A stretch of DNA of 32,000 nucleotides. Source: Pyrodictium occultum. Lineage in GTDB: Archaea > Thermoproteota > Thermoprotei_A > Sulfolobales > Pyrodictiaceae. This document shows positions 15,359 through 24,687 of this stretch, piece by piece. The notes under the pieces were generated by a model. That model was not told the DNA's origin. It ran no database searches and saw nothing but the letters and a program-made list of their open reading frames with translations. Positions within the stretch are counted from its first letter, which is position 1; every line of letters starts with the position of its first letter. The stretch lies in the NCBI RefSeq assembly GCF_001462395.1, contig NZ_LNTB01000001.1, forward strand, positions 1,320,001-1,352,000, in the 5' to 3' direction. Both the position numbers and the translations under genes were made by a program.

Positions 15359-18300
15359 TCATGGCCCCCGGCTGGCCCTCCTGGCCCCGCGGCTGCGCCT
15401 GAGCCTCAGCTTGCCCATGGCGGCGAGCAGCGAGACCACCGCCACGATGCTGACCGCAAGCACTATGAGGGCCCGCTGGCGGCGGGTCAGCGTCACCCCT
15501 CCCGCGGCGGGTGCGGGCGTGGCGTGGGCGGCCGTGGTGGGTGTCGCGGCGCCTCCCGCCGGCGTTGCTGTGGTGGGTGTCGTAGGCCTCTGGGACGCCG
15601 TGGTGGGACCGGCGCGGCTCGGGCCGAGGGGTATCTGCCCGCTTGTGCTTGCCAGTGTGAATGACTCGCTCGCCCCATCCGGCACCGCTCTAAGCACGAC
15701 GCTGTATGGTATGCTGCTGCCGCTCCTCAACGCCACCTTCACCCTCATGGACAGGGTCTCGCCTGGGCGCAGCAGGCCGCTCCGCAGGGAGGCGGTCCCC
15801 GCCGTGTGGTTGCCCGGCTCGGCTTCGAGCACTGTCACACTATCTGGGAACGATATGCTGAGTATGGCGTTCTTGAAGTCTATGGAGTCTAGGTTGGCCA
15901 CGCTGACCTCCAGCACTGCGAGGTTCCTATAGCTCTCCAGCTTCTTCACCTCAAGCTTCACGTAGGGCACCTTGACCCTGATGGGCACTGTTGCCAGCGC
16001 CTGGCCGCCCAGCCGGAGCACGAGGTACAGCGTGTCCTCGCTCCCCGGCGCGGCCACCGGGGACACCTGGACCCCGGCCCACAGGGTGGTGAACTCCCCA
16101 GGCTCTATATCCACGCGGGTTGCCGGGAGGAAGAGCCTGGCTATGGAGCTCTCGTTAACCGGCTCCAGCGCCGCGCCCGCTATCCTGACGCCCGAGGAAA
16201 CCACTATCTTGACGTCAACCTTGCCGCCGGGCGGGGCGGCGATGTAGCTGGGCGTCACGTCGACCCCCACGCTGCGGCGCAGGAGCTCTATCACCGGCAC
16301 CCTGGCAATCTGGTACCTCTTGAGCAGGTAGCTGCCCGTGTCATCGTAGATCTCCAGGACCACGCTCAGAACGTCCAGGGGCTTGAGGCTCACCGTTCCC
16401 AGGCTCATGCTCACGTCCAGCGTGCGGTGGCTCCTAGCGGGCACCGTGACTACCTGGGCGTAGTCGTAGATGGCGCAGGCGCTGACGTTCACACAGTTCC
16501 CCTGGCCCCTGACCACCAGGAACCTGGCCAGGAACACAGAGTCGCGCTCGCTGGGGTTGTAGAAGGATACGTGGGCCACCAGCCCCCTCCTAGCTATGTC
16601 GACGCTCGCGCTCTCGAGCTGCGGCTCCACAACCACCGACCGTATCCTTATGCTCGTAGTGGCCGTGGCTACAGCCCTGCCGCTCGAGTCCAGCACCTCT
16701 ATGCTGGCCGTGTAGGTGCCCGGGTAGGCTGTAGGGGGGACTGGGATGCTCACTATGAAGCTCGTGTCGCCGCCCAGGGGGACCAGCTCCTCCGCCGAGT
16801 CGGCCTCCCCAAGGCCCTCTATGGATATGTGGACCCTCAGCTTGGCCGCCGTGTTCCCCTCGTTGGCCACCTTCACCTCTACCCGGAAGCTCTTACCCAC
16901 AACGGGCAGGTCTAGGACACGCACCTCCTCCACGCTCGCGGAGACCACGGGCTTGACCTGGAGCAGGTTGTGGAGCCTCCAGGAGGCGTAGGGCTTGCCC
17001 GCTATGTAGAGCGTCGCGCTGGCGTCGTAGCTGCCGGCGGCCGCGTCCCTGGGGACCTGGATGGGGACCTCCACTACGTTCGCGCCGGGGAAGAGGGGGG
17101 CCTTGGCGCTGTAGCTCTTCCCGAACATGTTTATGACGAGCGTCGCGTCGACCGAGCCCTCGCCCTCCAGCCGCAGCCGGAGGGTGGCTATCGCCTGGCC
17201 GCCTGGGTCCACGCTCCCGGGGGACGCCGTGTAGCCCGTGAGGGATACCCGGTAGGACACCACCTCTACCGCCGCGCCGGCCTTCGCGGGGGCGTAGAGG
17301 CTGTCCCCCTCGAACCTGGCCACTACATCGTGCCTGCCCAGCCCGAGCCATGAGGTGTCAAACTCCACCACCGCCACGCCGCTGCGGTCGGTGCGGCCCG
17401 TGCCGACGAGCCTCCCATCCACGTAGAAGCTGACAGAGCGCCCCACGATGGGCCTGCCCGAGAGCCCGTCGAGGAGCCGAGCCTCTAGGCGGGCCAGGCT
17501 GCCGCGGGTGACGATTATGCTCTGGGCCTCTACCCTGGCGGGCCTCCTGAGCACCTCTATAGCCGCCGTCTTCGAGCCCCTCAGCCCCGTGTTGTCGACT
17601 ACGGTGAGCGTGACGTTGTAGACGCCGGGCTTCTCGAAGACGTGCGTGACTATCGCGCCGCTCGCCACCGTGCCGTCGCCGAAGTCCCAGTGGTACTCCG
17701 TGATGTTGCCGTCGGGGTCGTAGGAGAGGAGCCCGTAGAAGGTGACGTTGGAGCCCCAGTAGACGCGTCTAGGCGTGAACCAGAAGCCCGCCACGGGGGG
17801 CCTGCCCTTCACGCACCAGGTGGGCCGGGTGGTGAGCCAGGGCCGGTAGTCGACCGTCGCCTTCTCGCCGAGCATTATCCTGCTCCCCTTGCCGCCCGTG
17901 TTCCCGGGGGCTGCGGGGCCGGAGGGGTCGCCCCACCAGTTGTGCCCCGCGTAGACGTAGCCGCTGTCCACCCGGAGCCCGTAGAGCCCCTGGCCCAGGG
18001 GGCAGCTGTAGCTCACCACCGCCGTGGCGTCTTCAACGCTCTTGATGTATATGCCGCCGTTGATCCTGGAGTATAGGACAAGCAGCCTCGCCTTATTGCC
18101 CACGCCGCCCTTCTCGCCGTCCACGGTCAGGCTGTCGAGCTGGCACCTCTCAAGCCTCATAACCGTCGACTTCCCGTAGAGGCCCCAGTCCTCGCGTATC
18201 CAGTTGTCCGCTATGCTCTCCCCCCTCACAGCCACGGAGCCTAGGACGGAGTTCACCGCCGTGAAGCTCGAGTAGTCAAGCGCCCGGCCGGAGGAGGTCC

Positions 18301-19249
18301 CGTTGTAGAGGCCGTAGCCGTGGAGGACGACGCCCTCCAGCGAGGAGTCGAGCACGCTGAACTGGGAGGAGAGGAGCCCGTCAGGGCCCTCCACGATGAG
18401 CTTGCCGAGCCTGACGCGCTCCAGGGTTACGGTGCTGCGGAACACCGCCGCCCCCTCCCCGGCGTAGCTCCTGTCAACCACTATGCTCATGTTGGAGAAG
18501 CTGGAGTCCGACACCGTTATGTTGGAGTCGTACACGGCGTACATGATGGCTGGTATGAGCTTGTAGCTGGTAACAGTGACAGTCTTATTGCCGGCGGTCA
18601 CGTTGTAGGTAACGGGGACCCGCAGCTGCAGCCCCGTCGCGCGCGCGTGTATCGTGAAGGCGCCGGTGGCGTTGACGCGGCTCAGCTCTATCCGGGACCC
18701 GTAGACCACTGTAGACTCGTTACCCAGGCCGATAGACTCCAGCTCAAGGTCCCCCTGTATGGTCACGTTGTCCAGCAGGAGGCTTGAGTTGTAGAGGCTC
18801 CTGTATGCTGACCGGAAGGAGATGCCTCCCTGCACCACGGAGTCTATGAACGTCGCGTTGGAGCTTGTGAACTCTGCGAACTCAAGCCCGTTTCTCACCA
18901 CGACGTGCTTGAAGACGAGCACAGAGCTAACAACCACGAGGGTGCCGCGGCCGACGAGGATGACGGGCTCGCTCCGCGTGCCCTCAGCGAGTATAACCCC
19001 CCGCTCCACAGTGACGGTGACGCCGGGCGCGAATATGATTGTGACACCGCTCTCTATCTTGACCTGCGCCATTATGCGTATATCCCTGGTTACCACGTAG
19101 GGGCTCCCGTCGCGGGTCAGAACAGTGTTAACCGTTATATCGCGGTCTATCGCCGTGGGCCCGCTCGCCCCCGCCGGGAGGCCTGCGAGCAGCGGCGCCG
19201 CGAGCGCTAGTAGGAGGAGAATGAGCATCAACAGCCTTCCGGGCTTCAA
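15359..19249 (-). CDS. Large surface glycoprotein: signal peptide, right-handed beta-helix region, PKD domain, multiple Ig-like/CARDB-like domains, Thr/Pro stalk, C-terminal TM anchor
   Basis: 1296 aa. Signal peptide MKPGRLLMLILLLLALAAPLLAGLPAGASG. Beta-helix repeats end in GHNWWGDPSGP. The PKD signature is YDPDGNITEYHWDFGDGT...GVYNVTLTVVDNTG (about 17552-17800). The C-terminus is TTPTTATPAGGAATPTTAAHATPAPAA + LIVLAVSIVAVVSLLAAM + RLRRSRGARR. There are many N-x-S/T sequons. Confidence 0.85.
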   Translation of the reverse strand: MKPGRLLMLILLLLALAAPLLAGLPAGASGPTAIDRDITVNTVLTRDGSPYVVTRDIRIMAQVKIESGVTIIFAPGVTVTVERGVILAEGTRSEPVILVGRGTLVVVSSVLVFKHVVVRNGLEFAEFTSSNATFIDSVVQGGISFRSAYRSLYNSSLLLDNVTIQGDLELESIGLGNESTVVYGSRIELSRVNATGAFTIHARATGLQLRVPVTYNVTAGNKTVTVTSYKLIPAIMYAVYDSNITVSDSSFSNMSIVVDRSYAGEGAAVFRSTVTLERVRLGKLIVEGPDGLLSSQFSVLDSSLEGVVLHGYGLYNGTSSGRALDYSSFTAVNSVLGSVAVRGESIADNWIREDWGLYGKSTVMRLERCQLDSLTVDGEKGGVGNKARLLVLYSRINGGIYIKSVEDATAVVSYSCPLGQGLYGLRVDSGYVYAGHNWWGDPSGPAAPGNTGGKGSRIMLGEKATVDYRPWLTTRPTWCVKGRPPVAGFWFTPRRVYWGSNVTFYGLLSYDPDGNITEYHWDFGDGTVASGAIVTHVFEKPGVYNVTLTVVDNTGLRGSKTAAIEVLRRPARVEAQSIIVTRGSLARLEARLLDGLSGRPIVGRSVSFYVDGRLVGTGRTDRSGVAVVEFDTSWLGLGRHDVVARFEGDSLYAPAKAGAAVEVVSYRVSLTGYTASPGSVDPGGQAIATLRLRLEGEGSVDATLVINMFGKSYSAKAPLFPGANVVEVPIQVPRDAAAGSYDASATLYIAGKPYASWRLHNLLQVKPVVSASVEEVRVLDLPVVGKSFRVEVKVANEGNTAAKLRVHISIEGLGEADSAEELVPLGGDTSFIVSIPVPPTAYPGTYTASIEVLDSSGRAVATATTSIRIRSVVVEPQLESASVDIARRGLVAHVSFYNPSERDSVFLARFLVVRGQGNCVNVSACAIYDYAQVVTVPARSHRTLDVSMSLGTVSLKPLDVLSVVLEIYDDTGSYLLKRYQIARVPVIELLRRSVGVDVTPSYIAAPPGGKVDVKIVVSSGVRIAGAALEPVNESSIARLFLPATRVDIEPGEFTTLWAGVQVSPVAAPGSEDTLYLVLRLGGQALATVPIRVKVPYVKLEVKKLESYRNLAVLEVSVANLDSIDFKNAILSISFPDSVTVLEAEPGNHTAGTASLRSGLLRPGETLSMRVKVALRSGSSIPYSVVLRAVPDGASESFTLASTSGQIPLGPSRAGPTTASQRPTTPTTATPAGGAATPTTAAHATPAPAAGGVTLTRRQRALIVLAVSIVAVVSLLAAMGKLRLRRSRGARRASRGP

Positions 19250-19282
19250 GCTTGGCCCCGGCTGAGCCCCAGCATGCTAGTA

Positions 19283-19290
19283 CTTAAAAA
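19283..19290 (-). promoter_or_regulatory. TATA-like box (TTTTTAAG on the - strand) for the 1296-aa gene
   Basis: The only AT patch between 19250 and 19330, centred about 38 nt upstream of the start codon at 19249. Confidence 0.35.
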
Positions 19291-19334
19291 CCGTAGTCCA
19301 GCCTCCAGGGAGGGTAATCAGCCTAGCCCTACGT

Positions 19335-19345
19335 AACATAATAGG
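19335..19345 (+). promoter_or_regulatory. TATA-like box (AACATAATAGG) for the PP2C-like gene
   Basis: An AT patch about 42 nt upstream of the GTG at 19382 in the divergent intergenic region. Confidence 0.3.
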
Positions 19346-19381
19346 GTCTTTGGGTGCTACCCGGGGGAGGGGCCGCGGAGG

Positions 19382-20227
19382 GTGGCGTGGCGCGCCTGGG
19401 TGGCAACCGCGAACACGGTCCACTACGAGGACGACGCCAGCCTGTGGCTCCACGGGGGCTACGGCGCCATAGCCGTGGCGGACGGTGTCTCCACGAGCCG
19501 CGGCGGGGGAGCCTCCCTCCTAGCAGCCTGGGGGTTCACAGCGTTCTGCAGGGCCGTCCTGCCGGGGTGGCGGGGGAGCATAGCCGGCGCGGCGCGCCGC
19601 TGCCTAGAGCTCCTCGACGAAGCGGCTCGGGAGGCGTCCCCACGCGACGCCGACACCGCGGCGGAGGCTAAGCGCCTCTACTACAGGGGCTGCGGGGCCC
19701 CCTGCACCAGGCCGATGAGCCCATGGGAGCCGGCTAGGCTCGAGGCCCAGGCCCCGCAGGAGGGGGGCGGCGGGCAGGCGCCCTCCACGACCCTTCTAGC
19801 GGCCCTCCTGGGCCCCGGGGGCCAGCTGGCACTGGTGCTGGCGGGCGACGGCGTGGTTGTGGCTACGACGGGGAGCAAGGAGTCCACCTGGCTCCTATGG
19901 GGCGCGCTGCCACAGTTCTACGAGGGGAGCCGGCTAGCCCGCTTCATCGAGGTCGGCAGGGGGCTCCAGGGGGAGCCGGTGGTCCTGGAGACCAGGCTCC
20001 CAGGCGACACCCTGCTGGCGCTCGCGACGGACGGGGTGGATCCCGCGGCGCTGGCGGAGGAGCTTGTGGAGCTGGCCCGAAGAGGGGTGCCGGAGGACGC
20101 GGCGGAGGGGAACCCCGCCTCCCTGCTGCTCAGCCGCATCCAGCAGCGGGCCGGGGGGCTGGAGGATGATGCGACGATAGCGCTGGCGTATTGGGCCAGC
20201 CAGGCCCCCGGGCGGCTAGGGCGCTGA
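19382..20227 (+). CDS. PP2C/SpoIIE-like (PPM family) protein phosphatase domain protein
   Basis: Motif order is typical of PPM phosphatases: AIAVADGVSTSRGGGAS, LVLAGDGVVV, LLALATDGVDP, LEDDATIALAYW. 281 aa, with host-like high GC. Confidence 0.6.
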   Translation: MAWRAWVATANTVHYEDDASLWLHGGYGAIAVADGVSTSRGGGASLLAAWGFTAFCRAVLPGWRGSIAGAARRCLELLDEAAREASPRDADTAAEAKRLYYRGCGAPCTRPMSPWEPARLEAQAPQEGGGGQAPSTTLLAALLGPGGQLALVLAGDGVVVATTGSKESTWLLWGALPQFYEGSRLARFIEVGRGLQGEPVVLETRLPGDTLLALATDGVDPAALAEELVELARRGVPEDAAEGNPASLLLSRIQQRAGGLEDDATIALAYWASQAPGRLGR

Positions 20228-20282
20228 GAGGCGGGGATGCAGAGGGAAAAAGGTGTGAGGTGTGCCCTGGGGCCGCCGCCCC

Positions 20283-21551
20283 CTAGCCCGTCTCAACCAC
20301 CCTGGCGTTGATCACCAGGGGCACGCTGTCGAAGAGCACGCCCTCCCTAGCCTCGTAGTACACCCGGGCGCCCAGGACCGCCGCCCGGCCTCCATCGTAG
20401 AGCCAGGAGGAGTTGTCCAGCACGAGCACAGCCTCCGGCACGGACCAGCCGCTGGAGGAGTCAAAGCCGAGCACAACCCTGGCGCCGGCATGCCCGCCCT
20501 GGCCGGCCCGAGCAGCCTGGACGGGCACCGCCTGGGCGGAGACTGTGGCGCCCTCTTTAACGTCTATCCAGTTGTACCTGCCCCGCTGTGGTACAGTAAT
20601 ATTGGCGTTGCCGATAGTGACGCTGCTCTTATTGACATAGGTGTAGTAGCCGCGCCACCATATGCTGAAGAGCCACCGGCCGCTGGCGTCGTAGAAGTCT
20701 AGGGAGAGGGTCCAGTTCAATGCAGAGTAGACGATGTCAAACCCTCCCTCGACGCTGCCATTGAGCAGCCAGACCCCGTAGTCCCTAGAGTCGAGTACAA
20801 CCCTCTCAAACCGCCATGGGCCAAGTACGCCGGCCTGCATGTACACCGACAACCTAGCCCCCTGCGGCGGCTCGCGGTCAAGCACGTACGCGAAGAGCTT
20901 ACCCCTCTTCAGCGAGTCCACAATAATGCCTGGAGCGGTGCTGTTCTCCGGCGCCAGGCTTACCTCCCCGCCGGCAGTGGAGTTGCCGTACGAGAACCTC
21001 ACTACAGCGTAGGAGGCATTGCGCCAGAGCCTGTTTGCGGCAGCGTTTGCATTCTTCACGCCCGCCTTGGCCAGCGCGTTGCTCAGCAGCCATAGGGCTT
21101 CAGTCCTGTCCACCAGCGCCCCCCACCAGCAGTCGAACATGTAGAGGGGGGCGTCCACCAGCGTAACGTTGTAGCTCATAGCGGGGGGCGGGGCGGCGCT
21201 CCCGGCGGCGGGCTCCCCCACCTCTACGACCACGGCCAGGTACCTGAAGAGCCTCTCCAGGTACTCTATGTTCTCCAGGCTCAGCTCCAGCTTCACATAG
21301 TCGACATCACTGTGCCTTGTTATTTTGAGCCAGGTGGTCACCTCCACTACTCCCTGGGAGCCCGCTGCGGGGCTTATGGTTATGCTGCCGAGCTGCTGGA
21401 GGCTTATGGGCTCGTTGGGCGCCTGCGCGCCGCCCACCGCGTGGAAGCTGCTCAGCGGGCTCTGGGTGGTGGCGAAGCCTGCTAGCAGGGCGAGGGCGGC
21501 AGCCGAGGCGGCGAGGGCGGCCAGGGCGAGGGCTGCTGAGCGGTGGTTCAA
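20283..21551 (-). CDS. Secreted protein, paralog of 10624-11868 with a large central insertion
   Basis: The hydrophobic N-terminus AALALAALAASAAALALLAGFA is followed by TTQSPLSSFHAVGGAQA. The C-terminus is LVLDNSSWLYDGGRAAVLGARVYYEA. Both segments align with the 414-aa protein. There are several N-x-S/T sequons and a TTG start. Confidence 0.75.
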   Translation of the reverse strand: MNHRSAALALAALAASAAALALLAGFATTQSPLSSFHAVGGAQAPNEPISLQQLGSITISPAAGSQGVVEVTTWLKITRHSDVDYVKLELSLENIEYLERLFRYLAVVVEVGEPAAGSAAPPPAMSYNVTLVDAPLYMFDCWWGALVDRTEALWLLSNALAKAGVKNANAAANRLWRNASYAVVRFSYGNSTAGGEVSLAPENSTAPGIIVDSLKRGKLFAYVLDREPPQGARLSVYMQAGVLGPWRFERVVLDSRDYGVWLLNGSVEGGFDIVYSALNWTLSLDFYDASGRWLFSIWWRGYYTYVNKSSVTIGNANITVPQRGRYNWIDVKEGATVSAQAVPVQAARAGQGGHAGARVVLGFDSSSGWSVPEAVLVLDNSSWLYDGGRAAVLGARVYYEAREGVLFDSVPLVINARVVETG

Positions 21552-21712
21552 GGCTCTAGGGCACCCGGGCTGCCCTAGCCATGAATGTTAAGCTGCAAAG
21601 CCGGGTATAGGCTGGGCGAGGCGGCATTAAATAAGTGCAGTGTAGCATTATGTGCTGTGCCTAGCGGGCTGCTGGCCTGTCTTGGGCTGTGCGGCCCCCG
21701 GGGTTGGGGAGG

Positions 21713-24583
21713 CTAGGGCTCTAGGCTTAGCACCAGCTCCTCGCCTTCTATTCGCCACTTCTTCCCGTCTCTAGGCGGGCTGGAGGCTAGCTCGATGCTG
21801 CCGACCCTCACCTCCCGTGCTATCAGCTCCCGGTGCCTCTCCACCGCCTCCCGCAGCTTCCCCGTGGCGTAGACTAGGAGCCTCCTAGCGGTGTGGTCTA
21901 CGGGGAGGTCCAGCTCCTTCCTGAGCACCTGGGCGCGGCGTATGACCTCCCTGGCGAGGCCCTCCAGCATAGTCTCCTCGTCCAGCTGCATGTCCACGTA
22001 CACTGTCATGCTGCTGGTCTCTATTTTCTCCGCTCTGGGGGCCCAGCCGGGCTCCGAATCCACCACCTCCACTGCCTTTATGTTGGCGAACCTGGCTAGC
22101 ACGTCAGCTGCCTCCCGCAGCCTCTCCACTGGGAGGCTGGAGCCGGGCTTGGCTGCTATAGCGGCGCGGCGGAGGGGCCAGCGCCTCTTCAGCCTCCTCT
22201 CGCTCCTCAGTGCGAGCACCTTCTCCGCCGCCTCTAGCGCCTCCTCGACGGCGAGGTAGCTCTCCTCGTCGAGGAGCTTCTCGTCGACGCTCGGCCACTC
22301 TAGCATGTGGACGCTCTCGGGCGCCCCGGGCTCGTACTTCTTTACGAAGGCCTGGTAGAGGTACTCGGCTATGAAGGGCGTGAAGGGCGCCATGGCGGCT
22401 ATGGTCCTCCGGAGCACGTAGTAGAGGGTGGCGTATGCCGCCTCCTTGCTCTCTGTGGCCTCCTCCTCCCAGACCCTCGGCCTGACCAGGGGGATGTAGC
22501 GGTGGCTCAGCTGCTCCACCACCAGGTCGACCAGCGTCTGGAGCGCCTGGTGCATGTTGTCGTTCTCGACCGCCTCCTCCACCCTCTTCAGCGCCTGGCT
22601 TAGCCTGTAGATTATCCAGCGGTCCTCTGCCTGGAGCCTCCCGGGCTCCGGGGGCCCGGGGCTCCACTTGTCGAGCTCCATGTAGGTGTCGGCGAACTTC
22701 ACGGTGTTCCATAGTATGTTGAGGTAGCCCCGGTACCTCTCCACCTCGTCGGGGTCGAAGTTCACGCTGTCCCAGGGCGCGCGGCTCAGGAGAAGCATCC
22801 TCATAGGGTCGGCGCCGTGCTTCTCCATCCACTCCAGCGCCCACACCACGTTGCCCTTGCTCTTGCTCATCTTCTTGCCCTCCTTGTCCAGCACGTGGCC
22901 CTGGAGCAGCACCGAGCGGTAGGGGGCCTTGCCGTGCCACACCACGCCGGTCACGAGCAGTGTGTAGAACCAGCCCCTGGTCTGGTCAGCGGCCTCGGTT
23001 ATCCAGGTGTAGGGGTAGAGCTGGTCCCATAGCCTGAGCCAGCCGTACTGCTTCAGCGCCGCGGTGTGGGCCACGCCGCTGTCCATCCAGACGTCGACCA
23101 CGAACGGCTCCCTCCTCATCACGCCGCCGCACTTGGGGCAGCGGAGCTCCACACGGTCTATGTAGGGCCGGTGGAGGTCGTCGGGCACGCTGGAGGGGTC
23201 CACGGCTAGCCTCCTGAGCTCCTCGAGGCTCCCCACGACCACAGTGTGGCCGCAGCTGGTGCAGCGCCACACGGGGAGGGGGGTGCCCCAGTACCGCTCG
23301 CGGCTTATACACCAGTCGCGGGCGTTCTCAACCCAGTCGCTCATCCTCCTGGCCGCCCAGCTGGGGGCCCAGCGCATCGAGCGTACCCCGTCGACCATCT
23401 TCCTCCGGATCTCGTCCGTTATCCTTATGAACCACTGGCGGGACGCGTAGTAGAAGAGCCTGGTGCCGCAGCGCCAGCAGAACGGGTACTCGTGTCTCAC
23501 CGTGCCCGCGTGGACTAGGAGCCCCTTGCCCCGGAGTACCTCTATCACCTTCTCCCCGGCGTCCTCGAACCACATGCCCTTGAAGGCGCCGGACTCGGGG
23601 CCGAAGTAGCCGTCCTCGCGGAGCGGGGTGTAGGCCTCTATCCCCCTCTTGCTGCACTCCTCAAAGTCCTCGGGGCCGTGGGCGGGGGCCAGGTGCACTA
23701 CCCCGGTGCCATCCTCCATGGTCACCCAGTTGGCGGCGAGCACCGTGTGGTAGGGGGGCTCGTGGCGCTGGTGGTAGGGTACCTCCTCCGCCAGGGGGTG
23801 CCGGTACCTCATCCCCGCGAGGGTGGCGCCCTTCACCCTCTCGACAACCATGTACTTCTCCAGCCCCACCTCCCTGGCGAAGGCCTCCAGCCTCTTCTCA
23901 GCCACCACCCATATCTCATCGCCGACTGAGATGAACACGTACCACTCGTCCGGGTGGACGGCCGCCGCCTCGTTGGCTATTATCGTCCACGGCGTGGTGG
24001 TCCAGGCTACAAGGTAGGTGTTGTCGAGCCCCTCCAGGGGGAGCTTGAAGTAGACGCTGGGGTCATCCACCTCCTGGTAGCCCTGCGCCACCTCGTGGCT
24101 GCTGAGCGCTGTGCCGCAGCGGGGGCACCGGGGGACCACGCGGCGGCCCTCGTAGAGGAGCCCCTTCTCATGCGCCTTCTTGATGAACTCCCAGATAGCC
24201 TCTATGTAGCGGGGGTGCCTCGTCTGGTAGGCGTGGCCATAGTCCAGCCACAGCCCGAGCCTCTTGCTCGCCCTCTCCCAGTGCTCGATGTAGTAGTCTA
24301 CCAGCCGCCTGCACTCCTCGATGAAGCGGTCGACGCCGTATCGCTCGATATCCCTCTTGCTCCTCATGCCAAGCTTCTTCTCCGCCTCAAGCTCCACGGG
24401 GAGCCCCTGGGTGTCCCAGCCGGCCTGGTCCCAGACTCGGTAGCCCCTCATCCTGGCGTAGCGCAGCTTCACGTCCTTCAGGGTCCTGCCCCTGGCGTGG
24501 CCCACGTGCATGAACCCGTTGGCGGTCGGCGGGCCCTCAAGGAACGCGAATAGAGGCGCATTGGGCCTCTCGTCCCACGTCAT
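21713..24583 (-). CDS. ileS: Isoleucine--tRNA ligase (class Ia)
   Basis: HIGH-region PPTANGFMHVGHARG, GWDTQGLPVE, editing-domain WTTTPWTIIANEA, KMSKS loop KKMSKSKGNVV, and Zn-type CxxC pairs. The conserved N-terminal sequence continues upstream of the listed ATG (see findings). Confidence 0.9.
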   Translation of the reverse strand: MTWDERPNAPLFAFLEGPPTANGFMHVGHARGRTLKDVKLRYARMRGYRVWDQAGWDTQGLPVELEAEKKLGMRSKRDIERYGVDRFIEECRRLVDYYIEHWERASKRLGLWLDYGHAYQTRHPRYIEAIWEFIKKAHEKGLLYEGRRVVPRCPRCGTALSSHEVAQGYQEVDDPSVYFKLPLEGLDNTYLVAWTTTPWTIIANEAAAVHPDEWYVFISVGDEIWVVAEKRLEAFAREVGLEKYMVVERVKGATLAGMRYRHPLAEEVPYHQRHEPPYHTVLAANWVTMEDGTGVVHLAPAHGPEDFEECSKRGIEAYTPLREDGYFGPESGAFKGMWFEDAGEKVIEVLRGKGLLVHAGTVRHEYPFCWRCGTRLFYYASRQWFIRITDEIRRKMVDGVRSMRWAPSWAARRMSDWVENARDWCISRERYWGTPLPVWRCTSCGHTVVVGSLEELRRLAVDPSSVPDDLHRPYIDRVELRCPKCGGVMRREPFVVDVWMDSGVAHTAALKQYGWLRLWDQLYPYTWITEAADQTRGWFYTLLVTGVVWHGKAPYRSVLLQGHVLDKEGKKMSKSKGNVVWALEWMEKHGADPMRMLLLSRAPWDSVNFDPDEVERYRGYLNILWNTVKFADTYMELDKWSPGPPEPGRLQAEDRWIIYRLSQALKRVEEAVENDNMHQALQTLVDLVVEQLSHRYIPLVRPRVWEEEATESKEAAYATLYYVLRRTIAAMAPFTPFIAEYLYQAFVKKYEPGAPESVHMLEWPSVDEKLLDEESYLAVEEALEAAEKVLALRSERRLKRRWPLRRAAIAAKPGSSLPVERLREAADVLARFANIKAVEVVDSEPGWAPRAEKIETSSMTVYVDMQLDEETMLEGLAREVIRRAQVLRKELDLPVDHTARRLLVYATGKLREAVERHRELIAREVRVGSIELASSPPRDGKKWRIEGEELVLSLEP

Positions 24584-24687
24584 CCGCTTGACCTTCTCAT
24601 ATACCTTGTTCTTGTCCCAGAAGCGGAGAACCCACTCCTCGACCTCTAGGGGGCTATAGCTTCGCTTCAGCGGGGGCCTCGCGGATA

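Noticed and set aside
10500-21600. Integrated mobile element or genomic island interpretation of the AT-richer centre
   Set aside because: No integrase, transposase, tRNA target, flanking direct repeats or viral/plasmid hallmark genes were seen. Only compositional deviation supports it, so I report it as a compositional observation.
22104-22940. 278-aa alternative-frame ORF inside ileS, plus 23954-24553, 22986-23312 and 23328-23657
   Set aside because: These sit in alternative frames or antisense to an essential synthetase with continuous conserved motifs. Their composition is Arg/Gly/Pro-rich.
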